Origin: an uncultured Candidatus Saccharibacteria bacterium
Lineage (GTDB): Bacteria; Patescibacteriota; Minisyncoccia; Phycocordibacterales; UBA9973
Direction of reading: 5' to 3'
NCBI GenBank assembly: GCA_964565825.1
Contig: CAZMGK010000001.1
Span: forward strand, 2,052 to 66,051
Length of the DNA: 64,000 bases
Below the pieces are notes generated by a model, which ran no database searches, was not told where the DNA came from, and worked only from the letters and a program-made list of their open reading frames with translations. This document shows positions 20,200 through 29,035 of the stretch, piece after piece. The first letter of the stretch is position 1. Each line of letters starts with the position of its first letter. Made by a program: the position numbers and the translations under genes.

Positions 20200-20520
20200 T
20201 TTTGCCTGCTTGAAAAAGCAGTCCTTTTTGGTTTTCTGTATTGTCATTCCGGACCCCGATCTGGAATCCAGTCTTTTTATAAAGACCCAATTCCTCATTA
20301 CTTTTTAACCGCCAAAAAGTAACCAAAAACGCTCTCGACCAGCACTTTTTTAATTACCCTAGGGCATCCTCTCTTGCTTCGCAATTCACCTTGACCCACG
20401 TAACTCGGACTCACTAAAAATACTAATCCCGACGTAAAGTCGGGACCCCGAACAAAGCTTCGGGGCTCGCTTCACTCAAACAGAGTATTTTTTCCTACGG
20501 AACGAAACCTCTCATTGGTT
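20200..20520. other. Hairpin-rich part of the ~600-nt region between the trmD stop and the rpoB start; candidate structured rpoB leader or unidentified small RNA.
   Basis: Local hairpins CTGCTT-gaaaaa-GCAG, ATTCCGGA-ccccga-TCTGGAAT, CCGAC-gtaaa-GTCGG and CCCCGAA-caaag-CTTCGGGG. No ORF and no convincing match to SRP, RNase P or tmRNA cores. Confidence 0.25.
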
Positions 20521-20626
20521 TGTCTAACGAAAAGAGAGAAATGTGCATGAATACAATTGTATATAAAAAATGACTACCTTTACAAGGTAGTCATATTTAT
20601 ATTTTATTAAAATTAGAAATTGGATA

Positions 20627-21331
20627 TTAGGAATTTTTTTTCCGCTCCTCTATTTTTTTATGATTTCCGGACACAAATACCTCGGGGACTTTGTATTTTT
20701 TGCCTTTATACTCGATGACTTCAGGTCTGGTGTAAAATTCATTTGAAGAAACACGTTCTTCTTCCCGAGAATCAAAATTACCGAGTACTCCTTCTACTTG
20801 CCGAGCCATACAGTCAATCATCACGAGCGCTGGTAATTCCCCACCTGTGAGCACATAGTCTCCGATCGAGACTTCTTCCGCCTTGAGTATATTTTTTACA
20901 CGCACATCTATTCCTTCGTAACGACCAGAGAGAATAACAATGTCGGTATATTTCTTGGTGGTGTTTTTTGCATACACAGTATTAAAGAGCGTACCATGTG
21001 GACCGAGTAAGATTATTTTAGTTTTTGGTTTTGTTGTTTCTTTTTTTGTTGGTTTTCTTTTCTCTATTTTTTTCAGAATCGTATCTACACAATCGAGCAC
21101 TGGTTCAGCACGGATGACCATTCCTGGTCCCCCACCATACGGCCGATCATCAACAATTTTCTGAACATTGCCATCTGGCCAGACTTTGCGATATTTTCCT
21201 TTGACATAGTCACGAGGATTATAAAAAGCCACAGAGATTTTTTTCTCTTTGATTGCCCGCGCCAAAATAGAATCCGTCAGATACGGTTCGCAGATATTTG
21301 CAAATAATGTCACTATATGAAAACGAAGCAT
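20627..21331 (-). CDS. trmD: tRNA (guanine37-N1)-methyltransferase TrmD
   Basis: N-terminus MLRFHIVTLF... and SPOUT-fold motifs (ILLGPHG, GGELPALVMID). Confidence 0.9.
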   Translation of the reverse strand: MLRFHIVTLFANICEPYLTDSILARAIKEKKISVAFYNPRDYVKGKYRKVWPDGNVQKIVDDRPYGGGPGMVIRAEPVLDCVDTILKKIEKRKPTKKETTKPKTKIILLGPHGTLFNTVYAKNTTKKYTDIVILSGRYEGIDVRVKNILKAEEVSIGDYVLTGGELPALVMIDCMARQVEGVLGNFDSREEERVSSNEFYTRPEVIEYKGKKYKVPEVFVSGNHKKIEERKKNS

Positions 21332-21374
21332 GTATTGAATGTACCTTATCTAAATAGATACGTAAAGTAGCATC

Positions 21375-22274
21375 TTACCCATCACTTGGATCATTGTCAT
21401 CAGCTCCATATGTATAACCAGAGTTGTTATGACTCGTATTACATTTGTGATGAATGACTGTACGTGTTTTATACGGAGCGCTCAAACCTTCGGAATCTGT
21501 GACTCCGTAGACAATACTGTAGGTATAAATTTTACATGAATTTGGTCCAGATTGACTCAAAAGTGTCGGTCCAGTTATAAACACAGCTGGGCTAATGTTT
21601 CCATCTTCGGCATCTAAAGCAGTATACCCTGGCTCATTGTATTTATTTGCACCAACACCATTACCAGTAAAAGGGTTGGCACTTGGTGACCAAAATGTAA
21701 ATGGATTTGCCCCATTTAACGTAATAGCCGGTGCAGTGTTTGGTGATGGTGGTGGAGGTATTGGAACTGGAGGTGGAGGAGGATCTTCTGGTGCTGGTGA
21801 TGAGTATGTTGCATTTTGACAATTAATCTGTCCTGGTAAATTTGAGGCAAGAAAACCGGTCACGATATTACTGAACCCTAGACCATCGGTACACCAGTAT
21901 TGGGCTTTTCGTAGTGGAAATACAATAGCCCATTCATTCGTAGATGCTGTACATTGATAATCTGAATTTTGAATACCAACCATGTTACCTAGATTTACCA
22001 GAGCGAGGTCAACAGGAGTTCCCTGACACACAGTTGCAAAAGAATATGGATCATGAGAGAAAAAATCATCAGTAGCACTCGAGCGTAAACTGGAAAGAAC
22101 TAATTTAACATTTGCATCATGAGCTGTGTCTCGAGCATCAACATATGTTGAAAAAACTACATTCGACAAAATTGTTACTATAGAAAGCACAATCAATAAC
22201 TCTATGAGAGTAAAGCCGGTTAATTTTCTTCTCACTCTTTGTATTATCTTTTTCATATCTACAGTATATCGCAT
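21375..22274 (-). CDS. Type IV pilin/pseudopilin with a class III signal peptide and a proline-rich linker.
   Basis: KLTG|FTLIELLIVLSIV prepilin cleavage/methylation motif; PPPPPVPIPPPPSP tract. Sits between the KH gene and trmD where rimM is usually found. Confidence 0.8.
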   Translation of the reverse strand: MRYTVDMKKIIQRVRRKLTGFTLIELLIVLSIVTILSNVVFSTYVDARDTAHDANVKLVLSSLRSSATDDFFSHDPYSFATVCQGTPVDLALVNLGNMVGIQNSDYQCTASTNEWAIVFPLRKAQYWCTDGLGFSNIVTGFLASNLPGQINCQNATYSSPAPEDPPPPPVPIPPPPSPNTAPAITLNGANPFTFWSPSANPFTGNGVGANKYNEPGYTALDAEDGNISPAVFITGPTLLSQSGPNSCKIYTYSIVYGVTDSEGLSAPYKTRTVIHHKCNTSHNNSGYTYGADDNDPSDG

Positions 22275-22354
22275 TTACAAAAGAGTACAAATCAAAAAAC
22301 GATAGCGGTGGGTGTAATTATTACATGAGTGTATAAGCTCTACATTGGCAGGTC

Positions 22355-22408
22355 TCAATCGGTAACAAAAAACTCACCATAGTGGTGAGTTTTTTGTTAC
22401 CGATTGAT
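22355..22408. terminator. Long perfect palindrome (about 23-nt arms, TAG loop) with an inner CTCACCA/TGGTGAG + T6 core; bidirectional terminator-like element between the KH gene and the pilin gene.
   Basis: TCAATCGGTAACAAAAAACTCACCA-tag-TGGTGAGTTTTTTGTTACCGATTGA read directly. Confidence 0.5.
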
Positions 22409-22437
22409 ATAGTACAGCTTCTGATACTGTAATATAT

Positions 22438-22743
22438 TTAAATGTTTTTCAAATCTTCCATCGCAGCATCAACTGAGACACTTGAGGCAGTTTTCATACC
22501 TTCAGGCTCGTTAATTTTGAGATTGATTCGCGCATTGTTTTTCATACCAATGACACGAAGGAGGGTTCGAATTGCTTTCGCAGTATTACCCATTCGGCCA
22601 ATTATCTTACCCATATCATTTGGGTTCACAGTGAGTGTAATGAGGACACCCATTTCATCAACGTTCCGTTCGATTTTTACATCATTTGGATTGTCAACGA
22701 GTGCCTTTACTACATACTCAAGGAATGCTTGATCGTTATGCAT
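22438..22743 (-). CDS. KH-domain RNA-binding protein (KhpA/YlqC-like, UPF0109 family).
   Basis: GKIIGRMGNTAKAIRTLL KH GXXG core; about 100 aa; conserved position next to rpsP and trmD. Confidence 0.8.
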   Translation of the reverse strand: MHNDQAFLEYVVKALVDNPNDVKIERNVDEMGVLITLTVNPNDMGKIIGRMGNTAKAIRTLLRVIGMKNNARINLKINEPEGMKTASSVSVDAAMEDLKNI

Positions 22744-22832
22744 TTTATTCGTTCTCTGTTAGCGCAGCTTCGACAGTTACTGCTTCTCCTAGTATAGCGA
22801 AGTTTTGAAAAGAGTCAAAGGAGGGTGGGGAT

Positions 22833-22950
22833 AAAATACGTGCTTACTATTTTAGAAAACACGAGTCAAGCTCTCATCTCAGTGTGCATATTAAAAAATA
22901 CAAATATGCACACTTCCGATAGTTTTTCTAAAATAGTAAGCACGTATTTT
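22833..22950. repeat. Nested inverted repeats: outer arms of about 28 nt (AAAATACGTGCTTACTATTTTAGAAAAC / GTTTTTCTAAAATAGTAAGCACGTATTTT) enclose an inner palindrome GTGTGCATATT...AATATGCACAC.
   Basis: Read directly. Lies in a roughly 380-bp insert between rpsP and the KH gene, which are normally adjacent. Confidence 0.5.
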
Positions 22951-23078
22951 ATCATGGTGAAAGAAAGGAAAAATTACGACAGTCTTCATAAAACCTCGTG
23001 GTGCTATTTTATTGAGAGAAGGAGTAAAGAGAAAAACACAAGTCTAGGAACTCGAGCAAATTCAACTCTTGTTTGAAC

Positions 23079-23110
23079 AAAAAAAATACCCTTGTGGGTA
23101 TTTTTTTTGT
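23079..23110. terminator. Terminator hairpin AATACCC-ttgt-GGGTATT flanked by A8/T8, downstream of rpsP.
   Basis: Stem plus T-tract on both strands. Confidence 0.6.
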
Positions 23111-23124
23111 TCGCTTCCTCTATT

Positions 23125-23430
23125 TTATTTTTTTAGTTCTTTTCGCTTAACGGTCTTTGATTTTAATGGAAGAACGTTTTTTATCTTTCCTTCAATTACT
23201 TTTTCTTTTACTAAAATGTTGTGCACAGTTTCAGAAACTTGAGCTCCTGTACTGATTGCTTTTCTAATTGCATCTCCATCAAGCACAACTGTCCCCTTTT
23301 TAGCTTCAAGAGATCCAAGCACCTGAGTAAATGAACCTGACTTTTTTACTGCTGTTTTTGAATCAGTCAATACAATACGAAAAGCTGGATCATTTTTGCG
23401 CCCTATTCTTTGTAGTCTTATCTTTAACAT
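23125..23430 (-). CDS. rpsP: 30S ribosomal protein S16
   Basis: MLKIRLQRIGRKNDPAFRIVLTDS... matches the S16 N-terminus. Confidence 0.9.
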   Translation of the reverse strand: MLKIRLQRIGRKNDPAFRIVLTDSKTAVKKSGSFTQVLGSLEAKKGTVVLDGDAIRKAISTGAQVSETVHNILVKEKVIEGKIKNVLPLKSKTVKRKELKK

Positions 23431-23468
23431 ATAAGACTATACTACCGTATTTTAAGAAAAAAATCAAA

Positions 23469-24497
23469 TTATTGCACAACAACCATCCGGTTATCAAAAC
23501 GAGACCAATACCGCACAAAATCTTCTGATAAAATACGCAATCGCCCGTACGTCGGATCATTAACCCAAAACCATGTTTCTGGGCCTATTGTATCATACCC
23601 CACGATCAGAGAGACGTGAGTTGAGGTAAATAAAACCTCCTTCCCTTCTGGGGTGAAATAGACTAAACTCGACTGAGTCATATCGTCATCCTTGTGCCAG
23701 ACAATAACCGGATTACTGGCATCAAGAGCCGTCATAATATCATCGAGGTTCGCGTGTATTTTGGAGTATGTCTCTGGTGCGTATTTTCGTACCATATTTT
23801 CTACTGGTTTCTCATTCACACCCCAGCCGGTAGCACCAAGAAGGCCTAATGGCGCAACATAAACATGTCCTGAAACATCTCCAACAAAACCAGCATCTGG
23901 ATCACCCCACACCAGCCTACCGTTATGAGTATATTTCTTTTTGGGGAGAGCATACCCAATCTGATTCATGATTTCATCTTGGCCAAGTTCTATACGTTTG
24001 TACAGAAGCGCCATTTGAATACTCGCGGCTTCGCAGGATAAACGATATTTTTGCTCAATCAGTGGTATCGGTAATAGCACTCGTTTATCAAACAACTTTG
24101 GGGTGTCAGCACTGTCAACTGGAAAAAATGTTTTTGGGTCAAATGATTCAATTGGTGTACCACACAACATGCTATTTATCAGACGGCGCGTCATAGAACC
24201 GATTGTACCACTTTCGTATATTCCTGCTTTTTTCTGGAAAAGTGAAACTGCTTGTTCTGTTGTTGGACCATACAACCCAAATGCTTGAGGAGAAAGCTTG
24301 GGTAATACACTTTCCGAAGAAAGATGTCTTTGTATTTTCTTTGTATCTTCTATAAAAAGATTTTTACGCCATAGATTATTTTTGACAGATGCATCACAAA
24401 AAACATCTTGCATTGCAAAAACAGGAGTAGGAAAAGTAATTGCACAAATAAGTATTAATAAAAATAAGCGTGAATGCATGTGCACACAGTATAGCAA
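23469..24497 (-). CDS. Secreted protein with a peptidoglycan-binding domain followed by a C39-like (papain-fold) peptidase domain.
   Basis: Signal peptide LFLLILICAITFPTPVFA; PG_binding_1-like segment (GPTTEQAVSLFQKKAGIYESGTIGSMT); YRLSCEAASIQMAL resembling the Peptidase_C39_2 Cys motif. Confidence 0.55.
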   Translation of the reverse strand: MLYCVHMHSRLFLLILICAITFPTPVFAMQDVFCDASVKNNLWRKNLFIEDTKKIQRHLSSESVLPKLSPQAFGLYGPTTEQAVSLFQKKAGIYESGTIGSMTRRLINSMLCGTPIESFDPKTFFPVDSADTPKLFDKRVLLPIPLIEQKYRLSCEAASIQMALLYKRIELGQDEIMNQIGYALPKKKYTHNGRLVWGDPDAGFVGDVSGHVYVAPLGLLGATGWGVNEKPVENMVRKYAPETYSKIHANLDDIMTALDASNPVIVWHKDDDMTQSSLVYFTPEGKEVLFTSTHVSLIVGYDTIGPETWFWVNDPTYGRLRILSEDFVRYWSRFDNRMVVVQ

Positions 24498-24527
24498 ATA
24501 TCTACAAAAGAATACGTATTGTTCTTA

Positions 24528-25418
24528 TTATTTACTCTGGCGTTGTCTTTTTTCTAACATCACGAGAAGTGGTGATGCAACAAAGATTGATGAGTACGTT
24601 CCAAAAAACATTCCGACAACCAAAACGAGTGAAAAGTTTTTTGTTGATTCTGGTCCAAAGAAAAAGAGAGCCAAGAGTGCAAGAATAACTGTCAAAGAAG
24701 TGTTTATAGATCGCCCAAAAGTCTGAGACAAACTTTTTCCAACGGTGTCTTCAAACGACCCTCCTTTTATAGAACGTAAATTCTCACGGATTCTATCAAA
24801 CACTACAATTGTGTCTGATACAGAGAGACCGAGCACGGTCAACAGTGCGACAACAAACAATGTGTCTACTTCTGCTCCGCGTACATATCCAAGAATAGCA
24901 AACACACCTGACGGTATTGCAATATCGTGGATCAAGGTCACAATAGCAATCAGCCCATATTTATATGATGCCACTGGTTTTGAAACTCCACGAAATGCAT
25001 AGGCAATAAAGAGAATAATGGCAAGTGACACAAGAAAAATAGCAACAAGAGATTTTTTGACGAGCTCTTTTCCTACTGATGGGCCAATAGAATTAAAATT
25101 TTCTACTTTTCCATCTACTCCAATAGTAGTGAGCGCAGAAACAAGCTGTTGTCTTTCTGTTTCAGACAAAGCCAATGTTTTAACACTCACATTATTTGTA
25201 CCAACTTCTTGAACCAATGCATCTTCTAAATTGAGTGTCGCGAGTACTGTTTGTATCTCTTCTGTTCCTGGACGAGTAGTGTAGCTCAGCTCTGTTTCTG
25301 ACCCTCCCTTAAAATCAATACTCAACTTTAATCCAAATACGGTTACCAGTATGATTGAAGCACCAACAAGTACTGCTGAAATGGTGAGAAATATTTTTTT
25401 GTTTTTAATTATCCACAT
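24528..25418 (-). CDS. secF: Protein translocase subunit SecF
   Basis: SecD/SecF membrane domain; immediately downstream of secD. Confidence 0.9.
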   Translation of the reverse strand: MWIIKNKKIFLTISAVLVGASIILVTVFGLKLSIDFKGGSETELSYTTRPGTEEIQTVLATLNLEDALVQEVGTNNVSVKTLALSETERQQLVSALTTIGVDGKVENFNSIGPSVGKELVKKSLVAIFLVSLAIILFIAYAFRGVSKPVASYKYGLIAIVTLIHDIAIPSGVFAILGYVRGAEVDTLFVVALLTVLGLSVSDTIVVFDRIRENLRSIKGGSFEDTVGKSLSQTFGRSINTSLTVILALLALFFFGPESTKNFSLVLVVGMFFGTYSSIFVASPLLVMLEKRQRQSK

Positions 25419-25435
25419 ATATTTTATTTATTATG

Positions 25436-26869
25436 CTATTTAGTAAATCCTGACCCAAAGAGAAATCCGATAATTTTACCAGTCTTGGTGTTTGATTTGG
25501 TAAATGGAAGTGCATATAAAAAGATACGTGTTACCACTACAGCAGAAAAGAGTGCCGTCAGTACGCCGATACCAAGAGTGAGTGCAAATCCTTTAATCAT
25601 TGCTGTTCCGAACCAGAAGAGAATGGTAGCCGTAATGAGTGTCGAGAGATTAGAATCACGAATAGAAGTCCATGCGCGGTCAAACCCATCATGCAACCCG
25701 TCTTGCAATTTTTTACCACTTCTCATTTCTTCTTTTACTCTTTCAAAGATAAGGACATTGGCATCCACCGCAATACCGAGCGAAATAATAAATCCAGCAA
25801 TACCAGATGCGGTCAATGTCACCGGAATAATCTTAAACAAGCTCAGTACAATAGTTACATAGACAGCCAAGGCAATAACCGCAATGATACCGGGTAATCT
25901 ATACCAGATAACAAAAAAGAGAGAGATGAGGATGAGTGCGAGCACACCTGCGCGAATACCAGCATCAATAGCTTTTTCGCCGAGAGTTGGACCGATTGTT
26001 TGAGTTGATAAAAGTTCAACAGGAATAGGTAGTGCGCCGGAGTTAAGTCGTCCAACAAGGGTCTTTGCTTCCTCTGGCTTGAAACTTCCGGTAATAGTTG
26101 CCTGTCCACCAGTAATCACCGCCTGAACAACAGGTGCAGAAAGAATCTGTCCATCGAGATAGATAGCGACTGTTTTCCCAATATTTGCTTTAGTCATTTC
26201 TTCAAAGAGTTTTGAACCTTCATCATTAAATTGAAGACCGATGATTGGTTGATAGGTAGTTTGGTCAAATTGAACAGTTGCTTTTTTTAAGTATCGGCCA
26301 GTAAGTGAAGAACTTACGTATTTATTTGCATACGGATCAAAAGAACCAAGTGAGATTTGGCCATCAGGACCAATTGTCGGGGTCATGGTGAGCGGCGCGT
26401 TTGGATCAAAACTTGGATTTTCTGTTTTAAATTCAAGATTTGGAGTCTCGCCAATTGTTTTAATAGCTTCATTGATGTCAGTGACGCCAGGAAGGTCCAC
26501 AGTCAGACGCTGTTCGTTATTATTTGTGAAACTTGCTTCTTGAACCTGAATCACAGGCTCAGCAACACCAAAGGCATTGATGCGTCTTTCGATAACATCC
26601 TTGAGAGAATCCATTGCTGTTCCAACTTCGCTTGATTCAATTTTTGAAACATCAGCTTTGTAGACTAAATGAACTCCTCCTTTCAAATCAAGACCGAGTT
26701 TAAATGCGTATTTTTTTATTACCTCTGGTACAGCTTTGTGGTGCACGTACGAATGATCGCTCGCATAGACGAAGTATCCGAGACCAACTCCTAAAATTAA
26801 AATAAGTAATGCTATCAATCGATTTTTCATTATATTGGAATACTCTATTAAACTAAATAATAGTCTCAT
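25436..26869 (-). CDS. secD: Protein translocase subunit SecD
   Basis: 477 aa; periplasmic domain plus the conserved 6-TM C-terminal region. Confidence 0.9.
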   Translation of the reverse strand: MRLLFSLIEYSNIMKNRLIALLILILGVGLGYFVYASDHSYVHHKAVPEVIKKYAFKLGLDLKGGVHLVYKADVSKIESSEVGTAMDSLKDVIERRINAFGVAEPVIQVQEASFTNNNEQRLTVDLPGVTDINEAIKTIGETPNLEFKTENPSFDPNAPLTMTPTIGPDGQISLGSFDPYANKYVSSSLTGRYLKKATVQFDQTTYQPIIGLQFNDEGSKLFEEMTKANIGKTVAIYLDGQILSAPVVQAVITGGQATITGSFKPEEAKTLVGRLNSGALPIPVELLSTQTIGPTLGEKAIDAGIRAGVLALILISLFFVIWYRLPGIIAVIALAVYVTIVLSLFKIIPVTLTASGIAGFIISLGIAVDANVLIFERVKEEMRSGKKLQDGLHDGFDRAWTSIRDSNLSTLITATILFWFGTAMIKGFALTLGIGVLTALFSAVVVTRIFLYALPFTKSNTKTGKIIGFLFGSGFTK

Positions 26870-26944
26870 TTTACACGTTTTGGGGTAAAAAACAAGGCGG
26901 GTTTGGCGTAGCCAAACCCGCCTTGTTAGGCAGGAATTGAGAAC

Positions 26945-27724
26945 TTACAACAAAAACAATATCACTACCCCTACGACTATCCGATACCAGGCAAAGAGAG
27001 TCAACGAATATTTGGCGATGAGTTTCAAAAAGACTCCGGCCAACAAATATGAAAATACACCCGAGATCCCGACGCCGATAATCGTCAGAATTATTTCGTG
27101 AGAAGAGAAACTGATGTTGGATTTGAGAACATCATAGACTGATGCAAGAAATACGATAGGTAAACCAATGAGAAATGAAAACTGCGCGAGACTTTTTTTC
27201 TCAACGTTTCCAAAATATCCTGCAATAAGCACAGCTCCCGAACGAGAGACACCAGGAATCACTGCAAGTGCCTGAGCAAAACCAAAGATAATTCCCTCTT
27301 TTAAGGTAATCTCTTTTTTTTCTATCGGTCGTTTGTGAAAATGTTTTTTTGCATACCAATCTGCAATCATCATAATGAGTCCCCCAATAATGAGTGCCCA
27401 TGCGATAAGTGCAAAGTTCCCAAAGAAATATCCTTTGACGAGTGTATAGAGCACAAATCCAATGACGAGTGTCGGGACACAAGACAGTGCGATGTTCTTG
27501 GCCATATCCCAGTTCAGATCAAATGTATCCCTTTTTTGCAAGATATAGAGCGCAGTACCGAGAAGTGCCCCAACTTGAATAATGATAGTAAATGATTTTA
27601 CAAAATCTGTTGGCGGGATTGAAAGAACTTTTTCTGCGAGCTGTAAATGCGCAGTCGAAGAAATCGGCAAAAACTCCGTGATGCCTTCAATAATACTTAA
27701 AATAAATACATGCAGTAGTGTCAT
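26945..27724 (-). CDS. uppP: Undecaprenyl-diphosphatase UppP/BacA
   Basis: MTLLHVFILSIIEGITEFLPISSTAHL... BacA signature. Confidence 0.85.
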   Translation of the reverse strand: MTLLHVFILSIIEGITEFLPISSTAHLQLAEKVLSIPPTDFVKSFTIIIQVGALLGTALYILQKRDTFDLNWDMAKNIALSCVPTLVIGFVLYTLVKGYFFGNFALIAWALIIGGLIMMIADWYAKKHFHKRPIEKKEITLKEGIIFGFAQALAVIPGVSRSGAVLIAGYFGNVEKKSLAQFSFLIGLPIVFLASVYDVLKSNISFSSHEIILTIIGVGISGVFSYLLAGVFLKLIAKYSLTLFAWYRIVVGVVILFLL

Positions 27725-28230
27725 AAAAATTTCTCAAAAAAAATAACTAATCCATAGGCGACGCATCCACCAAGGATAAATCCGGCTATCACATCGACAG
27801 GATAATGAACTCCATTTACTACTCGTGAGAGCATCACCAGAAGACTCAGTACCAGAGAAAGTATTCCCAAGCGGTAATCAAAATGAAACAAAAGTATTGT
27901 GAGTGCACCGTACACACTCGCATGTTCCGAGGGAAAAGAATACCCTGGTGTGGGAAACAATGGAATAATATGCGTATGAGTAACGTACGGTCGCATTACT
28001 TGGAAAATCTCCTTGCAGATGCGGGCAGTTAAAAAGCTCAAAAAACCAGATAAGAAAACAAGAGAAAACATGTACATAAAATTTTCTTTTGCCTTAAGAG
28101 AGAGTGCTATTAAAATACAGAGTGGTATGACAATAAAACTCACTGGTCCGGAAATAAACAAAGAGGTGTTTCCCAAAAGTGGGTACTTTTGACCCAGCAT
28201 GTGTAAAAATTCTAATATACTATAATTCAT
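27721..28230 (-). CDS. PAP2-family membrane phosphatase (PgpB/YbjG-like)
   Basis: Motifs KEIFQVMRP, PSEH and SRVVNGVHYPVDV (KX6RP / PSGH / SRX5HX3D). Overlaps uppP by 4 bp. Confidence 0.75.
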   Translation of the reverse strand: MNYSILEFLHMLGQKYPLLGNTSLFISGPVSFIVIPLCILIALSLKAKENFMYMFSLVFLSGFLSFLTARICKEIFQVMRPYVTHTHIIPLFPTPGYSFPSEHASVYGALTILLFHFDYRLGILSLVLSLLVMLSRVVNGVHYPVDVIAGFILGGCVAYGLVIFFEKFL

Positions 28231-29035
28231 ACGGTGTAATCAGGTTATGAAATAATGCGGTGACTGTCAAAGGGCCAATACCCCCTGGTACAGGTGTCAT
28301 ATAGAGTGCTTTTTGCATAACACTTGGTTCTACATCACCTAACACAGTACTTCCTTCTTCACTCGTCCCTGCGTCAAAAACAATCACTCCTTCTTTTACA
28401 AGATCTGACGTCAGCATATGAGCCACACCCATGCCAGAAAAAATAATATCTGCCTCTTGTACAGGATTGGGAGAAAAATTAGTTTTTGTCATTTGAACAA
28501 AAGGAATGCTGTGCATACGTAAATAATCCGCGATTGGTTTACCGACGAGTCTTCCATTTCCAAGCACACAAATTTTCTTACCAAGAAGTGAAATATCGTA
28601 CGCATCGAGCGCATAGAGCATTGCCCGAAGTACTGGTGGGTATCGTCTATTTTTATTCTCCAAAAAAGAGTGGTACGTATTTTCACTCAATATATCAATA
28701 TCCAAGCTCGGCTTGATATAGTTCACAACCGTTTTGGTATCTAAGTGCTCAGGAAGTGGTAACTGAAGGATCATACCAGATGAATCAATCTCGAGTTCTT
28801 TTATTTTTTCTTGGACAAGAGAAGCCGAACTTTCTTTTGCTAAATGGTGCACGCGTACAGAAATACCCAATCGTTCCCCAAAACGTTTTTTGGCACGGAT
28901 ATACGTTTCGATAACAGGATTATCACCAATATATAAAATATCTAATACGTACTTTTTTTGCTCAATAAGTATACGTAATGTTTCTTCTATTTCTTGTTGT
29001 ATTTTTTTACCATCTATAATCATACGTTTATTCAA
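28220..29035 (-). CDS. folD: Bifunctional methylene-THF dehydrogenase/cyclohydrolase FolD
   Basis: GKKICVLGNGRLVGKPIADYL, PVPGGIGPLTV. Confidence 0.9.
   Translation of the reverse strand: MNKRMIIDGKKIQQEIEETLRILIEQKKYVLDILYIGDNPVIETYIRAKKRFGERLGISVRVHHLAKESSASLVQEKIKELEIDSSGMILQLPLPEHLDTKTVVNYIKPSLDIDILSENTYHSFLENKNRRYPPVLRAMLYALDAYDISLLGKKICVLGNGRLVGKPIADYLRMHSIPFVQMTKTNFSPNPVQEADIIFSGMGVAHMLTSDLVKEGVIVFDAGTSEEGSTVLGDVEPSVMQKALYMTPVPGGIGPLTVTALFHNLITPYEL

Noticed and set aside
20200-20300. GGGUCCGGAAUGACAAUACAG (minus strand) as SRP RNA domain IV.
   Set aside because: It only partly resembles GGUCCGGAAGGAAGCAG, and there is no supporting helix 8 symmetry.
20380-20520. tmRNA or RNase P-like motifs (AAAGUCGGGAC, AGUCCGAG) in the rpoB upstream region.
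   Set aside because: They do not match the invariant cores (AGUCCGGGC for RNase P; the tRNA-like 3' end for tmRNA). The real rnpB was found elsewhere.
22825-23076. 83-aa plus-strand ORF between rpsP and the KH gene.
   Set aside because: It lies across nested palindromes and a terminator, its composition is low-complexity, and it is on the opposite strand from all neighbours.
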